Below, one piece after another: positions 29,203-39,200 of a DNA stretch of 57,797 nucleotides (position 1 is its first letter; each line of letters opens with the position of its first letter). The notes under the pieces were generated by a model, which ran no database searches, had not been told where the DNA came from, and worked only from the letters and a program-made list of their open reading frames with translations. The DNA lies in the IMG/VR virus record IMGVR_UViG_3300046163_000011, positions 1-57,797 of that record. One strand, written 5' to 3'. Source of the DNA: a virus. Taxonomy: Duplodnaviria; Caudoviricetes. Position numbers and translations under genes: made by a program.

Positions 29203-29401
29203 GCTTACGTTTGTGTTATTATTGGTAGTGGGTGGCGAGAGGATAGAGTACACGCCTTATTCTTCTTTGTCTGAGTGCTTGTCTGTACGCAGAAAAATTA
29301 AACGTAACATAGGCCATACTAATAACTTTGATCAGAAGTGGTCATGTAAGGAGTTAACGGTGAAAATAGATAACGGTAATATTTTGGAGATTGTAAAATG
29401 A
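29195..29401 (+). CDS. Small Cys-containing protein with hydrophobic N-terminus
   Basis: YSSLSECL...WSCKEL. Confidence 0.55.
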   Translation: MIELTFVLLLVVGGERIEYTPYSSLSECLSVRRKIKRNIGHTNNFDQKWSCKELTVKIDNGNILEIVK

Positions 29402-29794
29402 TACAAGCGCTTATAGGCCCGGTTACCGGGTTACTGGACAAGTTTATTGAAGACAAAGACCAGAAAAACAAGTTGGCTCATGAAATAGCTACTATGGCAG
29501 AACGCCAGATGCATGAAGCTAATATGGGTCAAATTGAAATTAATAAAGCAGAAGGCCCAGCACAGAAGCATATTTGTGGCGGGCTGGAGGCCCTTTTTGG
29601 GGTGGGGTCTGGCCTTCGCCATGATATGGCATTTTGTTTTAGCGCCAGTCACTATGTTTGTTTGTTCTTATGCTGGTGTAGAGATACCAGAACTGCCAAC
29701 ATTTGATATGGATTCATTATTAACTGTGTTGATGGGTATGCTTGGCTTGGGTTCCCTTAGAACTTTTGAGAAGGTCAAAAAGGTAACTAAATAA
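29398..29794 (+). CDS. Holin, 3TM GTA-holin-like (apparent extra G near 29554)
   Basis: Joining ORFs 29398 and 29513 gives QIEINKAEAQHRSIFVAGWRPFLGW...GMLGLGSLRTFEK. Confidence 0.75.
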
Positions 29795-29800
29795 CCAAAA

Positions 29801-29818
29801 TTTGTATGATGCTACAAA
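29801..29818. promoter_or_regulatory. Palindrome TTTGTA-N6-TACAAA next to a TATAAT -10 box
   Basis: TTTGTA TGATGC TACAAA; TATAAT at 29828-29833. Confidence 0.7.
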
Positions 29819-29863
29819 TAATGTTATTATAATAGCAGTTTAAATGGCAAAACGGGGGGCGAT

Positions 29864-30901
29864 ATGCCTAGGCCAAAAACTGCTGATGATGTGCTTCGTC
29901 AAACAGCTGAATTATATTTAAGCAACAACCGATCTTTAAAAAAAGCCGCCGCTCAATCTGGTGTAGGATATCAGACATTTGTATCAAGAATCAGGGTTTG
30001 CAAAGAAAGAGGCATATTAGACGACACCCCATCCTCTACTAACGCCGAAAATGTGCCTGCAAAAGAAGTCAAAACAATTGTTATCGAAAACAAGGTAAGA
30101 ATACAGCCAAGAAAAACCAATCCTCTTGAAACAAAAAGAGTTCTTGCTATCGGTGATTGTCATGACGGGCCTGCAATACCTGATAAGAGTAGATTCTACG
30201 CTATGGGTGCATATGCTAGGATCAATAAAGTGGATCAGATTATACAAATTGGCGATATAGCCACTTGTGACTCACTTAACAGATTTGATCGTAACGAAAC
30301 TTTAAAAGGCAGAAATAAGCCAGCATTTAAAGACGATATGTACAGCCTTCAACAGGCTATAAGAGCGTTTGATCAGGGCTTGAAAAAGTACGATGTGCCA
30401 AAACACATTACATTAGGAAACCATGAAGACAGGATATGGTCGTTCACAAATAGAAACCCAGAGACTGTCGAACTGCTTGATCAACTGCTATACTCTACTA
30501 TAGAGGATCATGGATGGACGTATTCACCTTATGGCGAAATGTATTTTATTGGGGATGTTGGTTTTACGCACACTCCCATGAATGGCATGGGCAAGCCTTA
30601 TGGTGGTATGTACTGCGAGAATCAAATATCAAGAGACAGTTTGCACGATGTAGTGTTTGGGCATACGCACAAGAGGTTAGACAAAACATTTCCAAAGATT
30701 GGCGCACAGTTCTTAAACATAATCAATTTAGGATGTAGTCTACCGGAAGGGCATATAGAAGAGTATGCTAGACATAGTGTAACTGGTTGGAGTTATGGGG
30801 TCTACGATTTAAACATTGTAGATGGTAAAATAGAAGATAGGACATGGGTTCCTATGAAAAAACTGATGAGGGAATATGCAGATGGCTACAAGGGAGATTA
30901 A
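29864..30901 (+). CDS. Calcineurin-like metallophosphoesterase with N-terminal HTH-like segment
   Basis: GDCHD, IGDIA, GNHE, FTH and FGHTH motifs; SLKKAAAQSGVGYQTF is HTH-like. Confidence 0.8.
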   Translation: MPRPKTADDVLRQTAELYLSNNRSLKKAAAQSGVGYQTFVSRIRVCKERGILDDTPSSTNAENVPAKEVKTIVIENKVRIQPRKTNPLETKRVLAIGDCHDGPAIPDKSRFYAMGAYARINKVDQIIQIGDIATCDSLNRFDRNETLKGRNKPAFKDDMYSLQQAIRAFDQGLKKYDVPKHITLGNHEDRIWSFTNRNPETVELLDQLLYSTIEDHGWTYSPYGEMYFIGDVGFTHTPMNGMGKPYGGMYCENQISRDSLHDVVFGHTHKRLDKTFPKIGAQFLNIINLGCSLPEGHIEEYARHSVTGWSYGVYDLNIVDGKIEDRTWVPMKKLMREYADGYKGD

Positions 30902-31298
30902 AAAGGTAATCGTTCATTGTGCCGACACCCCAGAGGGTCGTGAGGTTTCAACGAGCGAAATTCGCCGTTGGCACACTGAAGAGCGAGGCTGGAGTGATAT
31001 CGGTTATCATTGGGTTGTTGAACTTGATGGTTCTGTGCATGAGGGTCGCCCTGAAAGTATCTCTGGCGCTCACTGTAGGGGCCATAACAAAGACAGCATT
31101 GGCGTCTGCTACGTTGGTGGGTCTGACGCTAATGGAGATCCTAAAGACACACGAACAGAGGGGCAGAAAAGTGCGCTTGCGTCCCTCCTCTCTGAAATAC
31201 TTGATAGACACCCAGAAGCTACGATCTATGGGCATAGAGACTTCTCAGAGAAAGCCTGTCCTTCATTCGATGCCAAAACAGAATACGCAGATTTCTAA
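30882..31298 (+). CDS. Endolysin, N-acetylmuramoyl-L-alanine amidase (T7 lysozyme-like)
   Basis: IVHCADT, IRRWH..RGWSDIGYH, GAHC, SIGVCYVGG, GHRD, KACPSF. Confidence 0.92.
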   Translation: MATREIKKVIVHCADTPEGREVSTSEIRRWHTEERGWSDIGYHWVVELDGSVHEGRPESISGAHCRGHNKDSIGVCYVGGSDANGDPKDTRTEGQKSALASLLSEILDRHPEATIYGHRDFSEKACPSFDAKTEYADF

Positions 31299-31308
31299 GG
31301 AGTAAATT

Positions 31309-32529
31309 ATGCTACCACTATTACTAGGACTTGGGGGATCTGCACTAGCTGGTACTGGTGCGCTTACGGCTTTAGGGGCGTTTGGAACTCCTCTCGCGGC
31401 TGGCGCTATTGGCTCTGGTCTTGGTTCATTCTTAGAAACAGGTGATTTAGGTCAGGGCATTCAAACTGGCCTGTTGTCATTTTTAGGTGGTAAGGCTCTT
31501 GGTTCTGCATTTGGTGGAGGTGCTGGTGCTGGTGCTTCAACTATGTCTGGCGCGGCTCCAGTGGGCGGTGCGGCTAGTGTCGCCAACCCCGTAACAATAG
31601 GCGGCAACACAGTAAACGCCCTACAAAGCGTACCAGTGAACACGGCAAACCTTGGTCAGTCATTCGCAAATCTGCCAGCATCTACAGCTTCAGTCGGTAA
31701 CATGGGAGCAAATGTAGGATTAAAAGATGGTCTTACTGGTGGATTGACAGGTGGCGCTGGGTCATCAACTGGCAGTACATTCGGTAACTTTATGAAGTCT
31801 GATGCTATATCAAAAGGTATAATGGATCCGTACGCTCTGGGAGCTATAGGAACGACAGGGCTTGCCAGTTTGATGGGTGGCCCTCAAGGTGATTTTGCAA
31901 AGACAGAGGAGAAGTACATTCCAGAGGCAAAAGCTCAAGACAGAAAGCTGGCTTCAATACCAGCGGGGTATCGTCCGGGGATTGATCCAGAACTTAATTA
32001 TTTTCAGCCCTACAGCCTAAGCGCTAAGGGTCTAAAAGAGGGTGGCCTAACAGAGTTAGCCGATAACCCTATGGATGTCATGGCTGGTGCTGAACCAGAA
32101 ATGATGCAACCTAATGACAAAGAGATCATTAATGATGCTGTTGACGCCATTAAAGGCGAAGATCCACAGCCAGAGGTGGCTCTAGGAATGTTCCTGTCCC
32201 GCTACGGTGAAGAGGCACTACAAGACCTCGTTCAGCGTGTTCAAAGCGGGGAGTTTGACCAAAACGCCAATGTGGAAGAAGGCTTGGTCAACGGCGCTGG
32301 AGACGGTATGGATGACCTGATACCAGCGAAGTTAGAGGGAGAAGATGATGTTGTGCTGTCCAATGATGAGTTTATTGTGCCAGCAGACGTTGTGAGCGGT
32401 CTTGGTAATGGCTCGTCAGATGCCGGATCCAAGGCTTTATACGATATGATGGATCGTGTTCGGGAGATGCGTACTGGCAAGAAAGAGCAACCTAAACAGG
32501 TTCCACAGGGAGATATGTTGCCAGCATGA
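31309..32529 (+). CDS. Internal virion/ejection protein
   Basis: Gly/Ala-rich hydrophobic N-terminus; C-terminal GAGDGMDDLIPA..LSNDEFIVPADVV motif. Confidence 0.6.
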   Translation: MLPLLLGLGGSALAGTGALTALGAFGTPLAAGAIGSGLGSFLETGDLGQGIQTGLLSFLGGKALGSAFGGGAGAGASTMSGAAPVGGAASVANPVTIGGNTVNALQSVPVNTANLGQSFANLPASTASVGNMGANVGLKDGLTGGLTGGAGSSTGSTFGNFMKSDAISKGIMDPYALGAIGTTGLASLMGGPQGDFAKTEEKYIPEAKAQDRKLASIPAGYRPGIDPELNYFQPYSLSAKGLKEGGLTELADNPMDVMAGAEPEMMQPNDKEIINDAVDAIKGEDPQPEVALGMFLSRYGEEALQDLVQRVQSGEFDQNANVEEGLVNGAGDGMDDLIPAKLEGEDDVVLSNDEFIVPADVVSGLGNGSSDAGSKALYDMMDRVREMRTGKKEQPKQVPQGDMLPA

Positions 32530-32945
32530 TAATGACAGCAGTTCCAACCGAAGGGTTGGATGTGGTTTGGAAAGACGCCGCTAAGGCCTTGGGAAAGTCT
32601 ATTCAAACCATGAAAGGTAAGTTTACGCTTGGCTCTTTGTACGAAGCGTTGAAAAAAGAAGAGCTTTTGTTGTGGATTATTGTTGATGATGGGAAAGTCA
32701 TAGCGGCGATAACAACAAAGGTTCTTGAGTATCCTAGCTGTAAAGCTATGGCAATGGATTGGATAGGTGGCGAAAGAATGGGTGAGTGGCTAGAAATGGC
32801 TCACGAAAAACTTATTCAACACTCAATAGAAAATGGGTGCAGTCACTTGGAAGGTTATGGACGTAAAGGATGGGGCAGATGGCTACAAAAATATGGTTGG
32901 AAGCCAGAGTACATAGCCTATCGAATGGAGCTATATAATGGGTAA
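32526..32945 (+). CDS. GNAT-fold-like protein of the ejection module
   Basis: IGGERM.EW...GCSHLEGYGRKGW pattern; position among the internal virion genes. Confidence 0.5.
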   Translation: MIMTAVPTEGLDVVWKDAAKALGKSIQTMKGKFTLGSLYEALKKEELLLWIIVDDGKVIAAITTKVLEYPSCKAMAMDWIGGERMGEWLEMAHEKLIQHSIENGCSHLEGYGRKGWGRWLQKYGWKPEYIAYRMELYNG

Positions 32946-33864
32946 GTCAAAACCATCAACACCTTCTTCTCAGACGGTCAATCAGACCAATCTTCCGGCC
33001 TACGCAAAGCCGTACTTTGAAAGACTTCTGAAAAGAACTGAAAGCGAATCGCAACAGCCCTACAATCAATTTCAGGGCCAAAGACTTTCTAATGTGTCAG
33101 CCGATACAACTGCCGCACAAAACATGGTGCGATCTATGCAGTCAGGCATACAGGGCTTGCCACAAGCTCAGACAGGCACACAAGGCGCTTTAGCAAGAGC
33201 GCAACAGGGCCAAAACTATCAATCTCAAGATTTTGATAGCGCCGCCGCCCAACAGTATATGTCTCCATATATGCAGAATGTGGTAAATGTTCAAAAACAG
33301 CAAGCGATCCAAGATTTTCAAAGGCAAAATGCAGGACGGGCGGCGCAGGCGATCAACGCAGGAGCGTTTGGTGGGTCGCGCTCGGCGGTTCAACAAGCGT
33401 TGGCGGGGCAGGAACTCACCCGCCAGCTATCAGATATACAGGCTACGGGGCAACAGCAGGCATACGAATCGGCACAAGGCCAGTTCGGAGCAGACAGAGC
33501 CGCAAGAATGGACGCAGAAAAGCTAGGTCTTGGTGCGGCGGAAATGGCTGGCGCTCAAAGCGCTCAATTAGCAAAGCTAGGCCAAATGGCAAGAGATGGG
33601 GATGTTCAGGCGTCTCAAATGCTTGAGTCTATTGGTAAGGCTCAGGAAGCTCGTCAACAAGCTGGTCTGGATATTGCTTATGAGGATTTTGTACGTCAGC
33701 GGGATTACCCCCGCGAACAATTACAGTTCTATTCATCCATACTTAGAGGTGTCCCTGTTCAGCCGTCAACAGAATCTACCAAGTTCCAGTCATACAACCC
33801 CGTTCAACAACTACTTGGTACAGGCATTTCTGCTCTTGGGCTGTATAAAGGACTTATGAGCTAA
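32938..33864 (+). CDS. DNA transfer/ejection protein
   Basis: Gln/Ala-rich helical; YMSPY..V, GAFGGSR, C-terminal LGTGISALG. Confidence 0.65.
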   Translation: MGKSKPSTPSSQTVNQTNLPAYAKPYFERLLKRTESESQQPYNQFQGQRLSNVSADTTAAQNMVRSMQSGIQGLPQAQTGTQGALARAQQGQNYQSQDFDSAAAQQYMSPYMQNVVNVQKQQAIQDFQRQNAGRAAQAINAGAFGGSRSAVQQALAGQELTRQLSDIQATGQQQAYESAQGQFGADRAARMDAEKLGLGAAEMAGAQSAQLAKLGQMARDGDVQASQMLESIGKAQEARQQAGLDIAYEDFVRQRDYPREQLQFYSSILRGVPVQPSTESTKFQSYNPVQQLLGTGISALGLYKGLMS

Positions 33865-36266
33865 TGAATATCATCGACATCCAAGACAGTCTTAAAGATT
33901 TATCTGAGTCACAGCTTATAAAAGAAATGCAGATGCCTACTGGTAATGCTCCTCAGTTCCTTGTTCTGGGTGAGATACAGCGCCGTAAGCGTATGCGTGA
34001 TGACTTCGCCGCTCAACAGGCTAGTCAGCAAGGCACTGTTGCTCAGGAAGCAGTGGCGGCTATGGGTATTCCGCAAGCGGCTGGCATGGACATGAGACAG
34101 TCGATGAATCCAAAAAGTAGTATGGTACAAAACGCACCATCAGGCGGCATTGCCGATATCGCACAAGAACAGCCAATGAAGATGAATGAAGGCGGTCTTG
34201 TAAGTGGATTGTTTGCAAACACTGATCGCGGCAGAAATACATCAGACAAAGGCTACGAAATCCGCACAAACAAAGACGGAGAAAAAGTAGTATATAAAGC
34301 TGGAACCAATATATATCTTGGTAAAGCGGATAAACTTTTTGGCGACTCTCAAAGCTACATGGAGGGAGGAGTCTTAAAGTTTGATAAAGGCGGCGACACA
34401 CTAGGTATTCGTAACATGAATCCGGGAAACATTCGCCCCGGCGCTAAGTTCTTTGGTGAGTCTGGCTCAAAAAGTGGTTATGCCACGTTCAAAACCCCAG
34501 CACACGGCTTGAGAGCTTTGGCCCGTCTGTTCCAGACATATAAGGACGAGCATGACATAGACACTATTGATGAGTTTGTTGACCGCTACGCGCCAGCAGA
34601 TGACAACGATGAGAAGTCACGCCAGAATTACAAACAGTTCTTAGCTGACGCCTTGAACGTGGGTGTAAACGATGAGGTTGATTTGGTCGCCAGATCAGAA
34701 GACCTTATCCCTGCGGTTACTAAGTTTGAGAACGCTGGCAATATGCCATACTCAGATGACATGGTATCTGCGGCTATCAAGAGTTCATCTTTAGAAGATG
34801 AAGCGGAAGTTGACTCTATGTTAGCTGGCTTCGGGGCATCTAGCACCGCAGACTTTTCTACATCGCAAGCCGCTGAGACAGAACCTAGCTTGTTAAATAA
34901 ACTTGGGTTAGTTAGCCAAGCGTCTGCTTCCTCTACTCTAAATAACGCACCTCAAGTCACAGATGAAGACCAGATGAAGATAGATATGATCGAAACATAT
35001 CGAACATCTGACGATCCAGAAGGTATGGATGCAGAGAACACACTGAAAGAAATTATCAGAGACACAGATAACAACAGCAGTGCCGTTAGGGTAGCGGCAC
35101 AAAAGGCGTTGAACGAGATTGTGTCTCCTAAAACAGAAGAGTCTGGCTTCTTTGATTTCCTAAAAGGTACGGGCGGCAGTGCTGACCCTCTCAATCTCGC
35201 TGGCAAAGGCGGGAGAGGGGCTGGCATGGAAAACTCAAACAACCCCCTTGCTAGTATATTTGGGGCTGGGGGAAGCCCAACGACACCAGTAGGGGCAAGC
35301 ACAACAACACAAGGCAATGTTGGTGGGTTTCAAAGTGAAACAGAAGAGCCAAATATGCTTGATGGCGCTTTAGACTTTTTATTCCCTAACAGGGGTAATG
35401 TTGTTAGCGGTGGCGCTGATCCTTTGAACTTAGCTGGAAAAGGTGGCAGAGGAACTGGTATAGAAAACCCCAACAATCCTCTCGCCAGTATTTTTGGATC
35501 ATCAAGACCAACGGATATGTTACCAACAACGCCAGAAGATGCATATGATATCGGAAAATTTGGTGAGATGGGGCCACCTCCAGAAGACGATGAGTTTGGG
35601 AACATTGCTCCTGATGGTTCTATGCCTGCGACTGCGTTGCCTGCGACTACATTGCCAGCTGGTGTTTCAACAACCACGCAAGGCAACACTGTGGGTATGC
35701 CCGGAACAACCCCTATGCCTGACACTCAGGGTCAAGGTGATGACAAACAAGATCTTCCATTTGGAGATCCTTACGGTAACAACAGCAACGCAACAACATC
35801 TAGCGACTTGATGGCTGAGATTGATGAAATGAGAGCGAAGCTGGACAAGGACAGAGACAGCGACAAATGGCTTGCTTTGGCACAGGCTGGAATGGCTCTT
35901 ATGTCATCAACAAACCCAACTCTTATGGGTGCGCTTGGTGAGGCTGGTATGTCTGGCCTTACAGCATTGCGCGGCTCTGAGGGGGCTTACGACAAAGGCG
36001 TTGCATCATTGCTATCAGCCAAGTCAAAGCTGATCCCTAAAGCCACAAATACTACTCTAACACAATCTCAGGCAATGACTCAGATCAACCAAATTACAGA
36101 GCTTCTTAACAAAACTGTAGAAGTACCAGATCCGACAGATCCAACAGGAATGGGCAAGAAGCGTCAGTATGTAGTTATTGATCCAGTAGAAAGGCAAAGA
36201 CTTACCAATCTATTAACCAGCTTGTATGGTAAGACTGATATTGCAGATCTGAACTTAGCTTCTTAG
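33864..36266 (+). CDS. Ejection protein with lysozyme-like domain
   Basis: GIRNMNPGNIR..YATF.TP.HGLRAL..TI..RYAP (about 34404-34780) matches the RNNNPGNIR virion muramidase-like family. Confidence 0.65.
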   Translation: MNIIDIQDSLKDLSESQLIKEMQMPTGNAPQFLVLGEIQRRKRMRDDFAAQQASQQGTVAQEAVAAMGIPQAAGMDMRQSMNPKSSMVQNAPSGGIADIAQEQPMKMNEGGLVSGLFANTDRGRNTSDKGYEIRTNKDGEKVVYKAGTNIYLGKADKLFGDSQSYMEGGVLKFDKGGDTLGIRNMNPGNIRPGAKFFGESGSKSGYATFKTPAHGLRALARLFQTYKDEHDIDTIDEFVDRYAPADDNDEKSRQNYKQFLADALNVGVNDEVDLVARSEDLIPAVTKFENAGNMPYSDDMVSAAIKSSSLEDEAEVDSMLAGFGASSTADFSTSQAAETEPSLLNKLGLVSQASASSTLNNAPQVTDEDQMKIDMIETYRTSDDPEGMDAENTLKEIIRDTDNNSSAVRVAAQKALNEIVSPKTEESGFFDFLKGTGGSADPLNLAGKGGRGAGMENSNNPLASIFGAGGSPTTPVGASTTTQGNVGGFQSETEEPNMLDGALDFLFPNRGNVVSGGADPLNLAGKGGRGTGIENPNNPLASIFGSSRPTDMLPTTPEDAYDIGKFGEMGPPPEDDEFGNIAPDGSMPATALPATTLPAGVSTTTQGNTVGMPGTTPMPDTQGQGDDKQDLPFGDPYGNNSNATTSSDLMAEIDEMRAKLDKDRDSDKWLALAQAGMALMSSTNPTLMGALGEAGMSGLTALRGSEGAYDKGVASLLSAKSKLIPKATNTTLTQSQAMTQINQITELLNKTVEVPDPTDPTGMGKKRQYVVIDPVERQRLTNLLTSLYGKTDIADLNLAS
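35181..35498 (+). repeat. Two 84-bp in-frame direct repeats (35181-35264, 35415-35498)
   Basis: Both encode ADPLNLAGKGGRG(A/T)G(M/I)EN(S/P)NNPLASIFG. Confidence 0.85.
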
Positions 36267-36275
36267 GATTGATAC

Positions 36276-39200
36276 ATGGCACTTATCCCAGTTCAGGATC
36301 CTCAGACAGGCAAACTGTATAACGTACAAATTGCAGGAGACACTCCAACTCAGCAAGAAATTACTGAGATTAAGGAGTGGCTTGCGTCACAGAGCCAACC
36401 TGTTGAAACCACAACTCCAATAGCAGAAACAACACCAGCAGAAGAGCCGGGCTTTCTTGAAAGCACCGCTGGCGCTGGCATTGACCAGATACAAGCACTG
36501 TTTGGCTCTGCCGCAGAGGGTGTTGGTAACGTCACAGGTTTTGATGGCCTGAGAGATTGGGGTCGTGAGGTCAACGAGGCTAACGAAGCTGAGTACGCAG
36601 AGAAGACTCAAAACAGACAACAGCTAGAAGATGTAGGTGGCGTTGGAGACTTTGCTAAATTCGCTGGGGAAAGCGTTGTAGAGCAGTTGCCACAACTCGG
36701 TATGTCATTAGCCGCTGGTTATGCTGGCGGCAAGGCTGGCGCTTTTACTGGTGGTGCAATAGGTTCTTTTGCTGGGCCTGCTGGTATAGCCATTGGCGCT
36801 GGTATAGGAGCTACGGTTGGTGGCGTTGGCGGTATGGTTGCCGCAAACTTGCCATTTATATATGGTTCTCACCGCGAAGCCCAAAAAGATCAAATAGAAG
36901 CTGGAGTACAGACAGAGGTAGATGAGGGAGTGGCGTTTCTTACCGCTATACCAGCTACTGCACTAGAGACAATAGCTGAAAAAGTTATGGTTGGTAAGTT
37001 CCTTACCCCTAAGCTCATTAACAGCGGCGGTATCTTTACTAGGGTAACTAAGAATGCCGCCACTGGTGCGCTTGTAGAAGCCCCAACAGAACTAGGTCAA
37101 CAGGTCATTGAAAGAGCGCAAGCTGGCAAAGACCTACTATCAGATGATGCTTTCAAAGAATACGGACACGCCGCACTTGTTGGCGGTCTTGTGGGTTCTA
37201 GCGTTAAGGGTACTGGTGGTGCATTCACTAAAGATCAGCGCAAAGTTGACTTAGAAGAAGAGGCGCTCAAGCGTTCTCAACTAGAACAAGATGAAAAGGT
37301 GGAGGACGCACAGCTTGTGGGTGGTTTTGCCGCCGCACAAAAAGAAGCAGATGCCAGAACAGAAGATGAGGTTGTAAAGGCTCAAGTCATTCAACAGGGA
37401 AGAAGTGTTGCTGATGACGAGAGAGCTAGGGAAAAAGCCGAAGCTCAAATCAACTCGGAGAACAAGCCCGTTAACTTTGCTGATCTTGACCCAGAAGTAG
37501 TTAAGACAATAAACATACAGAGGCAACGCGCACAAGCGGCTGGTATGCCTGTTGGCACTCCAAGGCGGACAACCATCGAAGAGATGCGGGCGCTTGGACT
37601 GGATGAAGCCGCTGACGTAGAGCTAAAGAAACAAAAGGACACCTTTGTAGACAAGCATGACCGCAACACTACAGAGCGCAAGTTCAGCCAAGAGCAATAC
37701 GACAAAGCTAAAGCCAAGATCCTTGAGTCTGGCAAAGCTGACGATAAGACGATCATTGAAAGCATCAGGGAAACGCTTCCAGAAGGTCAGGATAAAGTTC
37801 CTGTCACTCTTATTGAAGAGATACGTCAAGAGCTTGCTTTAAATCGTGTAATCGAAACCAATAACGGTAAAGACTATAACGTTGCTCCAGAAGGCATTCG
37901 TGATGAAGATGCCGCAGAGCCTTTGCGTCAACGAGTGTCTAGATCTCGCGCAAGACTTGATGCCATTCAAGCCAAAGTAAAAGAGCTTGAGACACTATAT
38001 GATCAACAAGCAACAATTAACCAAACCCCAGATCAAAAGTCTGCGGCTAGAGCAGAGCTTTCAACACAGCTACAAGGACTAAACGTAGAGGCCAAGCGTG
38101 AAGAAGCTGACATAAGAAACACACAGCGTCAGATCGATACTATAGACGCACAGACTGGCGCTAATGAGCAGATAGGCAATATTAGACACGATCAGGCGCA
38201 AGCGCGGCTAGCTTTTAGCGCCGCAAAGGAAGCCGCCAAAGCCCCTAAAAAAGCAGACTACGAAACAAGAATGCAAAAACTTGTTACTGGTCTGCAATCA
38301 TACCTTAAAGGTATTGGCCTAGGTGATGTGAACCTTACAGTTCAGTCATTGCTTGAGCCAGACAAGATTGCTGGTGGTCAGCTAGTCGAGGGTTATTACG
38401 AAAGCTCTAACAAGCTAATCGCCCTAGCCACAGATTTGTATGATCCTACACTTTCTGATGCAGAGTATGAAGCTAGGCTCCGGGCTGTATTGAACCATGA
38501 GATTATTCACGCAATGCGTGACGTTGGCGTGTTTACAGATGCTGAATGGAACACTCTTACCAATGCCGCCGCAAAGCGTAAGTACAATGTAATTATAAAT
38601 GGTAAGCCTCTTGAGCGTCTTTATACGTTCATGGAACGAGAGACTCGCAGACAACAGTTTACTCCTCCAGAAAGAATGGATGGAGAGACTCAAGAAGACT
38701 ACGACATCCGCAGTGAAGCCGCCGCCGCCAGACATCAGGATCTGGTAGAAGAAGAAGCTGTAGCAGAAATGTTCCGTGCGTGGACAGACGGCAGGCTGAA
38801 GCTAGGCGGTAAGCCGCAGAGCCTGTTCAAGCGCATGATCTCATTCTTGAGTGGCGTTGGTAAGGCTCATTACGATGAGGACATCACAGCATCAGATCAG
38901 ATCTTTGAGGGCATTGTCCGTGGTGACATGGCGTCTAGAGAGTTTAAGGTTGAGCCAAAATCAGTTCCAGAGACTGCGCCGGAAGAAGCAAAGATGTATT
39001 CTTACGGTCGCGTATTCCCTGACAACTTGTCTACATTTGAAGACGAGATCATCACTATTGATCAGGCACTGGATACGCACAACTTTCCACAGAATGTCCA
39101 AGACAAGCTACTGGGCTACACAAAAACAGAAGATGATGCTGACATACGGGAGGGTACAGTTGTAACTGTTCGCCTGAACTTAAACGGCAGAACATTCTTG

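Noticed and set aside
29548-29560. Holin split or dual product
   Set aside because: One extra G interrupts the conserved EAQHRS..GWRP sequence; likely a sequencing error.
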